Shown: piece after piece, positions 38,420 to 50,205 of the stretch
Layout: each line of letters opens with the position of its first letter
Numbering within the stretch: the stretch's first letter is position 1
NCBI GenBank assembly: GCA_002269645.1
Contig: NIVC01000020.1
Span: 1,302,001 to 1,366,000, forward strand
Direction of reading: 5' to 3'
Origin: Macrostomum lignano
Taxonomy: Eukaryota
DNA length: 64,000 nucleotides
The notes under the pieces: generated by a model
Seen by the model: the letters and a program-made list of their open reading frames with translations, nothing else
Databases searched by the model: none
What the model was told of the DNA's origin: nothing
Program-made: the position numbers and the translations under genes

Positions 38420-39862
38420 GGGTCTACAGCGTTTGCCTGCGGGACGTTTGCCAGCCGACATTTGCCAGCCGACGTTTGCCAGCCGACGTTTGCCTGCGGG
38501 ACGTTTGCCAGCCGAAGTTTGCCTGCCGGACGTTTGCCTGCGGGACGTTTGCCAGCCGACATTTGCCAGCCGACGTTTGCCAGCCGACATTTGCCAGCCG
38601 ACGTTTGCCAGCCGACATTTGCCAGCCGACGTTTGCCAGCCGAAGTTTGCCTGCCGGACGTTTGCCAGCCAAAATTTGCTAGCCAATATAAAGCCAGTCA
38701 GTGAAAAATTTGATACTGAAACATTCGCAGTTTAGCGGTTTGACAAAAACCGTTTTTACTCCAACTTTTTGACGGTTATTCGCATGTATACAAGTTTGAA
38801 AGCAATTTATATATTTATATATTTACAATTTATATTATGCAATTTATATAGATTTACATCTAATATCCAGTTTAACAACGATTTTCTTTGAATGTGAAAA
38901 TATTGTTTACTTTTGACAATTGTGTATCGTTTTTCCCAGTTTGAGGTGTTTGATTTTTGATGTGCGAAAGAAGACGCGCAGATTACAACGGGAATCTCCA
39001 GCGATTAAGTTATGATGCAAACAAAAAGAGCTGCTGAGCGGTAATTCTGGCTCATATATTTCTCAGTTCATTGGGAGATCCAAAAGTAAGCATTGGATTC
39101 CAATTCTGTTGTATTACTACTCAAGTAAGCCAGGAAACCGCGATCTCAACGTACATGTGTAGACGAGTCGAATGCGGTGCGTTTTTATAGTAAGCTATAT
39201 ACAATAGCTGAATAGCCAGACAAGCCGCCAGTAGCAAGCTAGTAGGATAGCAAGCGCTAGACACTACGTATGCAAAGCTTAGTCACGCCAAGGACTACTA
39301 AAGTAGAAGTACGCAGCACTCGAAATCTATGAAAAATGTTTTGAAGGCCATAGGGAGATAGGAAGTTTTCATCTTTTCAGCACAACAATTGTTATTGCTT
39401 TCATACGAGGCAAACCCAATGTTCATCTTTTGATATGTTGTGCCAAAATCGTTGTTAAACTAGATATTAGACGTTAGACTGATGAACTGCATAATTTATA
39501 TGTTTTGCTTTCAAACTTGTGTACATGCGAATAACCGTCAAAAAGTTGGAGTAAAAACGGTTTTTGTCAAACCGCTAAACTGCGAATATTTCAGTATCAA
39601 ATTTTTCACTGACTGGCTTTATATTGGCTAGCAAATTTTGGCTGGCAAACTTCCGGCTGGCAAACGTCGGCTGGCAAACTTCGGCTGGCAAACGTCCGGC
39701 AGGCAAACGTCCGGCAGGCAAACTTCGGCTGGCAAATGTCCCACTGGCAAACGTCGGCTGGCAAACGTCGGCTGGCAAACGTCGGCTGGCAAACGTCGGC
39801 TGGCAAACGTCGGCTGGCAAACGTCGGCTGGCAAACGTCCCGCAGGCAAACGTCGCTATCCC
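38420..39862. mobile_element. Foldback-type TIR element (Merlin- or MULE-like; GGG...CCC termini, 8-bp TSD ACGGAGGG)
   Basis: Inverted arms at about 38420-38886 and 39445-39862, built from GACGTTTGCC[A/T]GCC repeats plus unique AT-rich sequence. ACGGAGGG lies at 38412-38419 and 39863-39870. Confidence 0.75.
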
Positions 39863-40068
39863 ACGGAGGGCCAAGTGAGGGGCTGCAGGGTGCAACGGAG
39901 GGCCAAGTGAGGGGCTGCAGAGTGCAACGGAGGGCCAAGGGAGGGGCTGCAGGGTGCAACGGAGGGCCAAGGGAGGGGCTGCAGAGTGCAACGGAGGGCC
40001 AAGGGAGGGGCTGCAGAGTGCAACGGAGGGCCAAGGGAGGGGCTGCAGAGTGCAACGGAGGGCCAAGC
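39863..40068. repeat. 32-bp minisatellite (GGAGGGCCAAGGGAGGGGCTGCAGAGTGCAAC)n
   Basis: About 6 units, with one further unit left of the foldback element (38390-38419), so the element interrupts this array. Confidence 0.9.
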
Positions 40069-40451
40069 AGGTGCTCCATGATAAAAAAATTCAATCTGAA
40101 GATTAGACAAGTTAAATTCCGCAAGGTACGAGCTAAACAGGTTTTAAGGTTATATTTATAATTAATCTGTAGTGTAAAAAAGGCATTGAATAAATTTTCA
40201 AGATCTTCAACAGAGAAGAGGTGTTCGCACTTCTAAAAAGATGACGTGGAAATCTCAACTGCTTCCAGGTTAACAGTAAGTTATTGAAAATTTAATTTAA
40301 TTTAACTTCAAAAACGCCTTTAATGACATTTTCAGCATGCAGTTCAAGGTGCTTAAACTTTCTCAAAAATCTCCGGTGTTGTCCCTGGGAAAAAGGAAAA
40401 GGCAAGTTGATCCATCAGTGCTCAATCGCGGCATGAACGGCAGAGGCCATC

Positions 40452-42324
40452 TCAGGATTCTGGCAGCTCACTGACCTCATCATAGTCAATCTTGAACATC
40501 TCCAGCCAGCCCTGGAAGTAAAAGTCCGTGTCGCTGATGCGGCGCTGCCGGAACCAGTCCTGCTCGCCACGGATCCGCTTCAGCTGGATGTCGCCGTTCA
40601 GCGATTGGCCCGTGGCAAAAATCTGCGTGGGCAGGGGTGGCGAAGGGCGCGGCGCTGCTCAGGAAAAGCTGAGGACATGATGGGCGCATGGGAAACCAAA
40701 GTTCGAGATTCCTGTCAAGCCTGATGTCTATGGTCAAACCATCAACTTAGCTGACAAAAGCAATAGTGTAGACTGTAGAGCCACGCAAATTAATCTATGG
40801 TCCAAGTTGGCCCAGGTCCAGAAACGCAGTCCTAAGCCGCCTTAGGCCATAGACTCAGAGAGAGTATTATGATAGAGCTTGGCTCAGCTTCGGATAGATA
40901 TGGGTTTGGCCATAGACAATCACTCAGAGAGAGTATTATGATAGAGCTTGGCTCGGCTCCCGATAAATACGGGTTTGGCCATAGACTGTCAAATTTAATT
41001 GGCCGAAGCCATTTAACGATTTCAATGGAATGCGCTGGATTAAACAGACAGCAAAGGCCGGCTATGCCGGGGATTACTCAATAAAATAAAATATTCTGGA
41101 TTAGATGTTATCTGCTGCACATGCATAGTCAAAGAATCTTCGCTTCCAATTCAACAATTGTATATTGTTAGTAAGGCTTTTTACCATAGACCAGACAAAT
41201 TCTCATCAAGAATAATTTTATCACAGTTAAAAATAGAAAAGCATTTGATTGCTCAAATTTAAATACGCTTCTCTGTTTACTAATAAAATCTATGAGCAAA
41301 TTTAGCCGGCAAAAATTTTCAGTTTCAAATTTCAAATTTCAAAATACACTCAGCAACATAGAAAAGTTTCCACCCTCGCGCCAGCCGTGTATATTTAGAG
41401 TTTCAAAACTGGTTTTCGTCGCCAGACTTGTGCCATAGACGATTGATGATTTCGTCAACACGCACTTGGGCCATAGACGATTGATGATTTCGTCAACACG
41501 CACTTGGGCCATAGACGATTGATGATTTCGTCAACACGCACTTGGGCCATAGACGATTGATGATTTCGTCAACACGCACTTGGGCCATAGACAAAACTTG
41601 GGTCATAGACGCCAGACAGGTCGAAGGAAACAGTCACATAGAGCAGACAGCAGTAGCTTACAGGAGTCTAAAATCCACTTTCGCAACCGAACGCAATGGT
41701 TCGCCAAATGACCGACCTCGAACGAGCGCGCGCCATGCTGGACGCTGGGATGTCCATCCGAGCTGTTGCTGGGGAAGTTGTCGCCCATGCTCGCGTACTT
41801 CTTTGCTGTTCCTTTGCTTCGTTCGAATCCGGATTATATATTTGTCGATGGCTCAAAACACGAATATCTACACCCACCAAAACGTTGACCCTTCGTGCGC
41901 TAGGGTGGAAACTTTTCAATGTTGCTGAGTGTATCAAGAAGCATACAGATTTGGGCCATAGACATGTAGTTTTTATGTATAATGTATAATGTTCAAGGTT
42001 CAGCTATTTTATAGGACCGACCAATTAACTACTGATTGGGCAGGAGGCTGGGTCAAGCTGAGGAATTGGAATGATGGGGCACACAACTGATATTTCGGTA
42101 TCGGTCTCCAAGTCGATGCAAGGCGGCAATGCGCAGAACCTGCTCACCAATTGGCAGTCCTTGCACTCGGCCGCAAATGAGTAGTCATACTGGCCGTGAT
42201 CATAGCAGCCGTCCCGCACCATGTGGAACCGAACTCGATCCTCGGGATGGGAGCACTTGGTTGCTGGGGGACTTGGCTCAGCTGCGGCAGCGGCTTTCAC
42301 GCTGTTCTGGTACTGTCGGTACAT
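40452..42324 (-). CDS. Putative 115-aa uncharacterised protein; exons 42324-42148 and 40622-40452
   Basis: CTGCAG acceptor 10 nt before ATG, donor TTG|GTGAGC, acceptor CCCACGCAG|ATT, phase-0 join, and GC3-rich codons. Product MYRQYQNSVK...KCSHPEDRVRFHMVRDGCYDHGQYDYSFAAECKDCQL/IFATGQSLNGDIQLKRIRGEQDWFRQRRISDTDFYFQGWLEMFKIDYDEVSELPES. A GAG|GTCAGT donor near 40477 could lead to further exons. Confidence 0.6.
41433..41592. repeat. 38-bp tandem repeat (CCATAGACGATTGATGATTTCGTCAACACGCACTTGGG) x4
   Basis: Identical units at 41433, 41471, 41509 and 41547, with a terminal CCATAGAC at 41585. Confidence 0.92.
41696..41800 (+). pseudogene. Tc1-type transposase N-terminal HTH remnant
   Basis: MVRQMTDLERARAMLDAGMSIRAVA resembles the first paired-like HTH of Tc1 transposases; similarity is lost downstream. 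Confidence 0.45.
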
Positions 42325-42620
42325 TGTGTAGGAGCTGCAGGTCAGAGCGGTGCTGCAGACTCTGGCTGTGAGGCGCAGCGGGGCTACTTGAGTAGGCTTC
42401 AAAAGACTCAACTGCTCTCTCCCGATAGGCAGGCTGTACTCAGGCTCAGCTCTTGAGATGTGCAATGCTGGGCTTTGGGTACACCTGTGCGCTCATTCTA
42501 ACAATAGGAGCTGGCTTTGGGGAGAGCTCTCACTGGTTGCCTTGGCAACTAGCCCTCCCCCATGACAAATCATTACTGAATTAAAATTCTGGTTGGCTAT
42601 CGCAGGAACTCCCCAATCCT

Positions 42621-42895
<275 letters not shown>

Positions 42896-43939
42896 GTTAG
42901 GGATTTCGGTTTCACATTTACCAGCAATATTGGCTGTCTATGTTAGCTTGGTATCTTCCGGTCTGCAAGTCACTTTAACAGACTTTATTTTTTGTAAAAT
43001 AGCATTCGGATTCTTCCTTACTACTGAACTGAAAGTAGAAAGACTTTTTTACTAAGCAAATATCTAGTTTTTATAGCACAGTTAATCAGATCTAAAACGG
43101 ACTGGCTCGCAAACACGCATTAGTAAATTCTAGATTAGATTAGCTACATCTATCTGTTCGCTCTCTGGTGCAAGGCTCGCTTGAAAAAAAGCCAAAAAAA
43201 GACATCTGTGCATGTACACTTCTCTATCTAGCGAAGAGTGCTGTCGCACTAAAAAAACCAGTGCGCAACCCCTTCGCTTCAGTGAATTCTAGGTTTAAAA
43301 CAGTGACATCAAATCTAAATATTTTTGTTGAAGGCTGCTAGCGATTGCACTCTTTGAAGAGTTTTGATGTCTTTGTTTTTCACGTCCCGTCAACCCTCCC
43401 AGTCTGCCCTTTATCCTCCAGTTTCGTCTAACTTGCGTGAAAAATATCAAGGTGTGAAGAAAAATCAGGTGGGAAAATAAATGGTATATATTCCCCATTT
43501 ATACCAGTGCTAGGGCAATAAATGCTTGAGTGACTTGTTTATTGACCGAGGCGAAGCCTGGAATTGCTACTTTACTGTGTAAGTTTTCCGTTCTTTTCTG
43601 CTTCTCACTCTTTGTCTCCTAGGCCCCGAAAACCCAGGGGTTCGGGGCATAGACACTTGCTGCTGCAGCAAAGCGACTAGTCAGATTCCAATGCTTTTCG
43701 AGTACTTTTCTTCCAGTTCTTGTCGGTTTAGCTCGAGAGCAGCGGAAGCTACTGTCTATGGTCAAAACCACCGGGGCCTTCGCACTGCGGTCAGGCGGCT
43801 GGAGTGGCCCATTAAGTAGGCAATATAGAATCTGTGAGATCACATCTTCTTGCACTTTAATATTTTTGCTTCAAAATTCGGCTTTCCAAGCCACCGAACG
43901 GCTGAAACCTTCAGGCATCACAGTTTCATCAGCGACAGC

Positions 43940-44182
43940 ATGGACAAGTCAAACAACGACAACAAGTCCAACCAGTGCAACCCCAACAATGAGCGCTATC
44001 AGGGCCACCAGCCCGGCTACCAGGGCACCGGCACCAAGGCGGATCTGGATAACCATGCCAACCAGCTGAACCCCAACAACTGGCGCTACCAGCAGGGCGG
44101 AGGCCCCGGTGGCGGTGGAGGCGGCAGCGGCGGCGGTGCCGCTGAGCAAGAGCAGCAGAAGTCTTGGTGCACCGTGCAGTGA
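43940..44182 (+). CDS. 80-aa N/Q/G-rich micropeptide with two DNx[SA]NQxNPNN repeats (paralog 1)
   Basis: MDKSNNDNKSNQCNPNNERYQGHQPGYQGTGTKADLDNHANQLNPNNWRYQQGGG...; GC3-rich; clear paralogs at 46240 and 48667. Confidence 0.75.
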   Translation: MDKSNNDNKSNQCNPNNERYQGHQPGYQGTGTKADLDNHANQLNPNNWRYQQGGGPGGGGGGSGGGAAEQEQQKSWCTVQ

Positions 44183-44442
44183 AGTCGGTGACAAAGACTG
44201 CCCCAGCCAGCATGCAGAAGATTGCCAAAAGATTAACAAAGACAGCAGTCTGTGTTGGTTTCACATTTGACTATTCAAAATACAAGATTAGCAAGTTGGA
44301 TCTTAAAAAATTTCTCATGTTCAAACTCGAAGGTCGCTTTGAAAATGCAGCATGAACTCAGCTTCTCCCATGTCTTTTTGTATTTTTGTTTGTCGAATTT
44401 TTTCGACTTAGATTGGTCTACGATGAAACTCATCCTAAGCAC

Positions 44443-45345
44443 CCCAGTGCGCCCTTGTGCCTCTCCTGAGCAGGCAGGCAGATGCGAGGCCCCAGTGCGC
44501 TCTTGTGCCTCTCCTGAGCAGGCAGATGCGAGGCCCCAGTGCGCTCTTGTGCCTCTCCTGAGCAGGCAGGCAGATGCGAGGCCCCAGTGCGCCCTTGTGC
44601 CTCTCCTGAGCAGGCAGGCAGATGCGAGGCCCCAGTGCGCTCTTGTGCCTCTCCTGAGCAGGCAGATGCGAGGCCCCAGTGCGCCCTTGTGCCTCTCCTG
44701 AGCAGGCAGGCAGATGCGAGGCCCCAGTGCGCTCTTGTGCCTCTCCTGAGCAGGCAGATGCGAGGCCCCAGTGCGCTCTTGTGCCTCTCCTGAGCAGGCA
44801 GGCAGATGCGAGGCCCCAGTGCGCTCTTGTGCCTCTCCTGAGCAGGCAGATGCGAGGCCCCAGTGCGCCCTTGTGCCTCTTCTGAGCAGGCAGGCAGATG
44901 CGAGGCCCCAGTGCGCTCTTGTGCCTCTCCTGAGCAGGCAGGCAGATGCGAGGCCCCAGTGCGCTCTTGTGCCTCTCCTGAGCAGGCAGATGCGAGGCCC
45001 CAGTGCGCTCTTGTGCCTCTCCTGAGCAGGCAGATGCGAGGCCCCAGTGCGCCCTTGTGCCTCTCCTGAGCAGGCAGGCAGATGCGAGGCCCCAGTGCGC
45101 TCTTGTGCCTCTCCTGAGCAGGCAGATGCGAGGCCCCAGTGCGCTCTTGTGCCTCTCCTGAGCAGGCAGATGCGAGGCCCCAGTGCGCTCTTGTGCCTCT
45201 CCTGAGCAGGCAGATGCGAGGCCCCAGTGCGCTCTTGTGCCTCTCCTGAGCAGGCAGATGCGAGGCCCCAGTGCGCTCTTGTGCCTCTCCTGAGCAGGCA
45301 GATGCGAGGCCCCAGTGCGCTCTTGTGCCTCTCCTGAGCAGGCAG
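44443..45345. repeat. 44/48-bp minisatellite (GAGGCCCCAGTGCGCTCTTGTGCCTCTCCTGAGCAGGCA[GGCA]GATGC)n
   Basis: About 20 units in two length variants. Confidence 0.95.
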
Positions 45346-45797
45346 CTGCAAGGTGCCGTTAAACCGGCGCGGTGCGCACTTAAACCAATGCGCTCCTATG
45401 ATAGCCCGCGATTCGGAGTTGGCGTCCAATCCAAGTCGCGCGAGAATTTCTGTCAGACTCCAAGGACTACTTAAAAGTATCGATTATTTTTCAGACAGTA
45501 GTCCCCGCCACGCCCTTGCCAGCGCAAGCGCTCTCAGTCCAGTCCTGATTCTAATCTCTGCAATAAACAGACTCGAAGTTCGGGTGGAGCCAGGGTAAAG
45601 TTGTTGCTCAAACTAAATGTACTTTTTAATTGAATTTCCTGGAAATGAGTTCTCAAGTTTCCAAGAAATTTCTGTCAGGCAGGCAGGTATTTCGAAAGCA
45701 AAAACACCGTGTTTTTCTTCTCTCACGTGCTCCCCACCTGGAGTGTACTTTTAAGCCAGAGTTTCTGACTCCTTCCACCGTCACGCACATTTCAGGC

Positions 45798-45804
45798 TAT
45801 AAAT
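45798..45804 (+). promoter_or_regulatory. TATA box of micropeptide paralog 2, followed by a 5'-UTR intron (GTGAGT 45838 ... CAG 46229)
   Basis: TATAAAT about 40 nt before a consensus donor; the acceptor lies 10 nt before the ATG. Confidence 0.5.
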
Positions 45805-45934
45805 AGTAAATACAAATCCCGAAGAGCCGCCAGACCCGTGAGTTTCTTCATCGAGTTCCAAAGCTTCGAGAAGAATTTTTTGCTTTTCTAAGAATTCTCA
45901 GCTTTTTAAAAACCGTAAGTTTTTTTACAAGAAC

Positions 45935-46135
45935 GGCACCATTCTCTCTGTGTGGCGCCATTCTCTCTGTGTGGCGCCATTCTCTCTGTGTGGCGCCATT
46001 CTCTCTGTGTGGCGCCATTCTCTCTGTGTGGCGACATTCTCTCTGTGTGGTGCTATTCCAGTTCTCTCTGTGTGGCGCCATTCTCTCTGTGTGGCGCCAT
46101 TCTTCCTGTATGGTGCCATTCTCTCTGTGGCACCA
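45935..46135. repeat. 19-bp tandem repeat (TTCTCTCTGTGTGGCGCCA)n
   Basis: About 9 units inside the putative 5'-UTR intron. Confidence 0.9.
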
Positions 46136-46239
46136 TTCCAGTTCCCTACGAGTATAGCTCAGACTTGAGCTCTTACTAAAGCCATGGATTGACTTAGGAC
46201 TGCATCCGCACCTCACCGCGCACCCCCAGAGCAGCGGCC

Positions 46240-46435
46240 ATGGACAAATCCGGCAGGGACAACAAGTCTGTGCAACCCCAACAACTCCAGCTACCAGGGC
46301 CACCAGAGCGGCTATGGCGGCACCGGGACCAAGGCCGACCTGAGTAACCATGGCAACCAGCTGAACCCCAACAACTCGCGCTACCAGGGCGGAGGCGGCG
46401 GCCAGGGCCGGTCGGGGGGACATTCGAAGAAATGA
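46240..46435 (+). pseudogene. Micropeptide paralog 2, frameshifted (or carrying an assembly indel)
   Basis: MDKSGRDNKS, then a 5-nt deletion relative to paralog 1. The shifted frame reads CNPNNSSYQGHQSGYGGTGTKADLSNHGNQLNPNNSRYQGGGGGQGRSGGHSKK*. Confidence 0.7.
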
Positions 46436-47329
46436 GCGGTTTTGAGAGGCGAAAGTCACGGAGCAGAGCTGACAGTTACAGAAATACTGATTGAGCTCTC
46501 GTAGAATCACCTGATGCCTCTGTGGCTGTTTACCATCAAATTTGTACTTTTGAGGACGCATGATTTGAGCAATAATTATAAAAAATATAATCACAAGATT
46601 TTTTTGCGAATCAGCTACTTTTAGTAGTGTAATAATAACACAGCATTAAATTGAGCATCTTTTCAGTTTTTGTTAAAATTGAGTTCCACTGCGGACAAGC
46701 TTCAAGCCCTGCCACTGTGCCCCGGTGTCACGTCTTAAAAAAATTCTGCGTTGTTTTATTCAGCTGAATAAAAATACTTTTCAGTATCCAAACTCATTCG
46801 GTTATCTTGAATTCTCTCACTGAGCAGAAACTATCTTATGCTTATGCTTATCTTATCTTATCTTATCTTATCTTAAGTATTCCGACAACATTGCAAGTAG
46901 ACAATAAATTATTATTACAAGGTACATTTCAACAAAAAGACAACAACAATCCAGAACTGAATGAATTTTACTCATATACAAAATTAAATAATGCACATAA
47001 TAATATTGTAAGACTTGATGTGAAAAGTAAATTAACTGCAAATAGCTAATCTAGCTTGTCCTTAAGATAAATCCGGCACGTTTTGAAGATACGCAAATAA
47101 ATGTTGAGCATATGTTGAATCATCAAACTTCTTTGTCGTTTAAGTCCTACTTTCTAGATCTTCCATTAATTTTACATTTGCTCTAAATCACAAAGTTTCT
47201 AGTGAGTCAAGTGAAAAACCTTTTTCAGTCTCTAGTTCACACCAAGTACTTTAGATGACGCCAATTAGAAAATTACTCTTAAAATATTAGAAATTCTTGA
47301 AATCACCTGCCTGGTGGCCATTGATCGCT

Positions 47330-47780
47330 GTACACTTCCCTCTCGAGTCCGTACAGGTTGTTGCTTAGGACGACACGTTCGACCGTGTATACCTTGGTAC
47401 ACCACGGTGTCTTCAGTTCACCGCGTTTCAGATCGTCACGGACAAAGTTCCGCAGCAGCACCTTGTCACCGAGCTAGCACAAATTTTGTCCTGCCGTCCC
47501 AGTGAAATCGCTCCTGCAGCTTCGATGGGGTGGACTTAATCCCCTGATGAGCTCCTCCAGTCGCAGAGGTGTGATCTTCTTAGATCAGTTGACAGATCTC
47601 TTTGATCTTCCACCTCCAGGCGACGCTCCGTTGACCGATGGCGCTTCTTCTGACATCACAGAACAGCTGCTGGCCCTCGTACCTGAAGTTGCGCTCCGTT
47701 TGTCGAACCTTGCTGTTGAAGTTGTTCTCCTCCTTGGTTGTTGTCAAAGACGCAAGGATGTCGTTCGTATGCGCCACTAA
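47330..47780 (-). pseudogene. Degenerate gypsy-type (or Ginger) integrase zinc-binding domain remnant
   Basis: ...ICQLI*EDHTSATGGAHQGIKSTPSKLQERFHWDG matches the HxxxxGxHxGxxxT...RFxW pattern; contains stops and frameshifts. Confidence 0.55.
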
Positions 47781-48666
47781 GCAAGTAAAGTTTTAAATCC
47801 GAATACGCGGCAGACATACTTATGTCTCGTCAGTGTAGTCGATATGTTTAAACTTGCAGTTATTTATAGGTAACGTGTTGCGTAACAAAATGTACAATAC
47901 GTACATATACTGTCTAGATTTAGATGTAATGATGAAAGTCAGAGAACTTTTAAATTTTGTTAACAGACTTGCGGACAAGAATGCGCGGCTATAAAAGATT
48001 CGGCAGTATTCATTTAGGTGATATCAGATCACGGCTTAAACTGTGATTATTGACAGGTCTTTAATCTCGTAAACCCCAGAGAGAAATCAGCCTAGCGCTT
48101 GGCATGACTTCTGGCCCCAAATAAAATAACGCATCCAAAGTTAGGATAATGGTTGCCATGACACCGGTCCTCAGCCCTGTCACAATTTGCTCTTGCCTAA
48201 ACTAAAGTAAATTTGCAACAAGCCGCTGTGGTAAACAGAAGGGTTGCCTACATCATGAATGCAGGTGCAGAGCAGACATTTTGCAATGCAGTAAACAAGG
48301 CTGCTCTTGCCAACTCAAATTCAATTGACCGGCTTAACCGAAATTGCACGGCACACACCCTCCTGGACTGCAGTAGTAAACAGGCAAGCTGTGTAAACAT
48401 TTCTAGGAAATAGGCAGATTTCCAAGAAATAAACAGAGAGTCTGGGTTCATCACAGTACAAAAGCGCCAATGCTATTGCAGGTTGTTTTTCTCAGATTCT
48501 ATTTTTAGCAATGACTGAGAGGGCGTATTTAAGAGGCCAAGCCAGAGCGCCGCTTCCTCCCCGCTGTCACCGACTGCCGCCAGAGCTGAGCTAACGCGAG
48601 TCCTCAGAGTGATCAAACGCATTACACACAGACTAGTAAATCCAGCTACTAATCCAGATTAGCAAC

Positions 48667-48870
48667 ATGTCAGACAAAGCTGCCAGCGACAACAAGTCCA
48701 ACCAGTGCAACCCTAATAATGAGCACTACGGGGGCCACCAGCCCGGCTACCAGGGCACCGGCACCAAGGCGGACCTGGATAACCACGCCACCCAGCTGAA
48801 CCCTAACAACGAGCGCTACCAGGCTCCTGGGGGACAGCAGGAGCCGCAGCAGCAGCCGCCACCAAAGTGA
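48667..48870 (+). CDS. 67-aa N/Q/G-rich micropeptide (paralog 3)
   Basis: MSDKAASDNKSNQCNPNNEHYGGHQPGYQGTGTKADLDNHATQLNPNNERYQAPGGQQEPQQQPPPK; CTAATCCAG acceptor 9 nt before the ATG. Confidence 0.78.
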   Translation: MSDKAASDNKSNQCNPNNEHYGGHQPGYQGTGTKADLDNHATQLNPNNERYQAPGGQQEPQQQPPPK

Positions 48871-49687
48871 AGCTGATCGGATGCCGAGGCGTGCCAGTTG
48901 AAAACTGGAAACTATTTTAGTGAATCTGAATATTTTATTTAAAAAACAGACTCACTTTTAATGCATTAAGCATGGTATTTTGTGTTTTTAAATATACCCA
49001 TTATATTTAGCCACTGAGGTAAAGATTTCTGTCAGCTTTATCCAAATAAACTGACAAAAAATCGTACCAATTCCTATTTCCTCTAATGTATTTTTGTTTA
49101 GTTGCGCCCCAATTGGGCCGTTTTACTTTTTCTGTTGTGGGCACGACCTATTCTGAGCGTCAGAGGCCCAGTTTATTACTTTAATCTGCCTTCGCCTTGA
49201 TTTATCACCTTTCTCTCTCACCGCCGACTTTTACGACCCCCTGTTTCTAAATTTAGCTTTAAGTGCCAGTCATTTCCGTCTTTTTTATTTGTTTTACTAA
49301 GCAATTGGACAATGTCGCCCTCGTCTGTCTATCTATTTATTTTTTCTTATCTGTTTATCTATGTATCTACTCGTATCTATCTATCGAAAAAATATCTAAA
49401 AGAGCCAAATATCTTGCTATTATCTAAACGCACAACTACTTATAGTAGTGACTTTTAGCAAGAAAAAATGATTAATGCCTTTTAAAAGGGAGATTTATAA
49501 AGCCCTAGTGTAATTAACACGGAACCAACAGTAATTAACGCGGAACCAGCAATGTTTTAATGAAAGCCATGCAAAAACCTCAAGTTGAGACTCATTACCC
49601 ACTAATTGCTGTTATTAATGAGAGCTGGAACAATGTGAGAAAACAAGGAGCGATTTGAAGTATCTGAATACGGAGGAGCTGGGGAAG

Positions 49688-50205
49688 TGCAGCTCCATCA
49701 AAGGGTAGCACAGCTTCATCAAAGGGCAGCACAGCTCCATCAAAGGGTAGCACAGCAGAGCAGAGGTAGCATAGCTCCACCAAAGGGTAGCACAGCTCCA
49801 TCAAAGGGCAGCAGAGCTTCATCAAAGGGTAGCAGAGCTTCATCAAAGGGCAGCAGAGCTTCATCAAAGGGCAGCAGAGCTTCACCAAAGGGTAGCAGAG
49901 CTTCATCAAATGGCAGCAGAGCTTCATCAAAGGGTAGCACAGCTTCATCAAAGGGTAGCACAACTCCATCAAAGGGCAGCAGAGCTCCATCAAAGGGCAG
50001 CAGAGCTTCATCAAAGGGCAGCAGAGCTTCATCAAGGGTAGCAGAGCTTCACCAAAGGGTAGCAGAGCTTCATCAAATGGCAGCAGAGCTCCATCAAAGG
50101 GCAGCAGAGCTTCATCAAAGGGCAGCAGAGCTCCATCAAAGGGTAGCAGAGCTTCATCAAAGGGTAGCAGAGCTCCATCAAAGGGTAGCACAGCTGGATC
50201 AAAGG
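49688..50205. repeat. 21-bp minisatellite (AGCAGAGCTTCATCAAAGGG[C/T])n
   Basis: About 24 units. Confidence 0.93.

Noticed and set aside
41433-41592. CRISPR-like array (also 7438-7600 and 53095-53295)
   Set aside because: Units are head-to-tail with no unique spacers, no cas genes are present, and the context is eukaryotic.
44275-45429. 384-aa minus-strand ORF
   Set aside because: Translation of the 44/48-bp minisatellite; no domain content.
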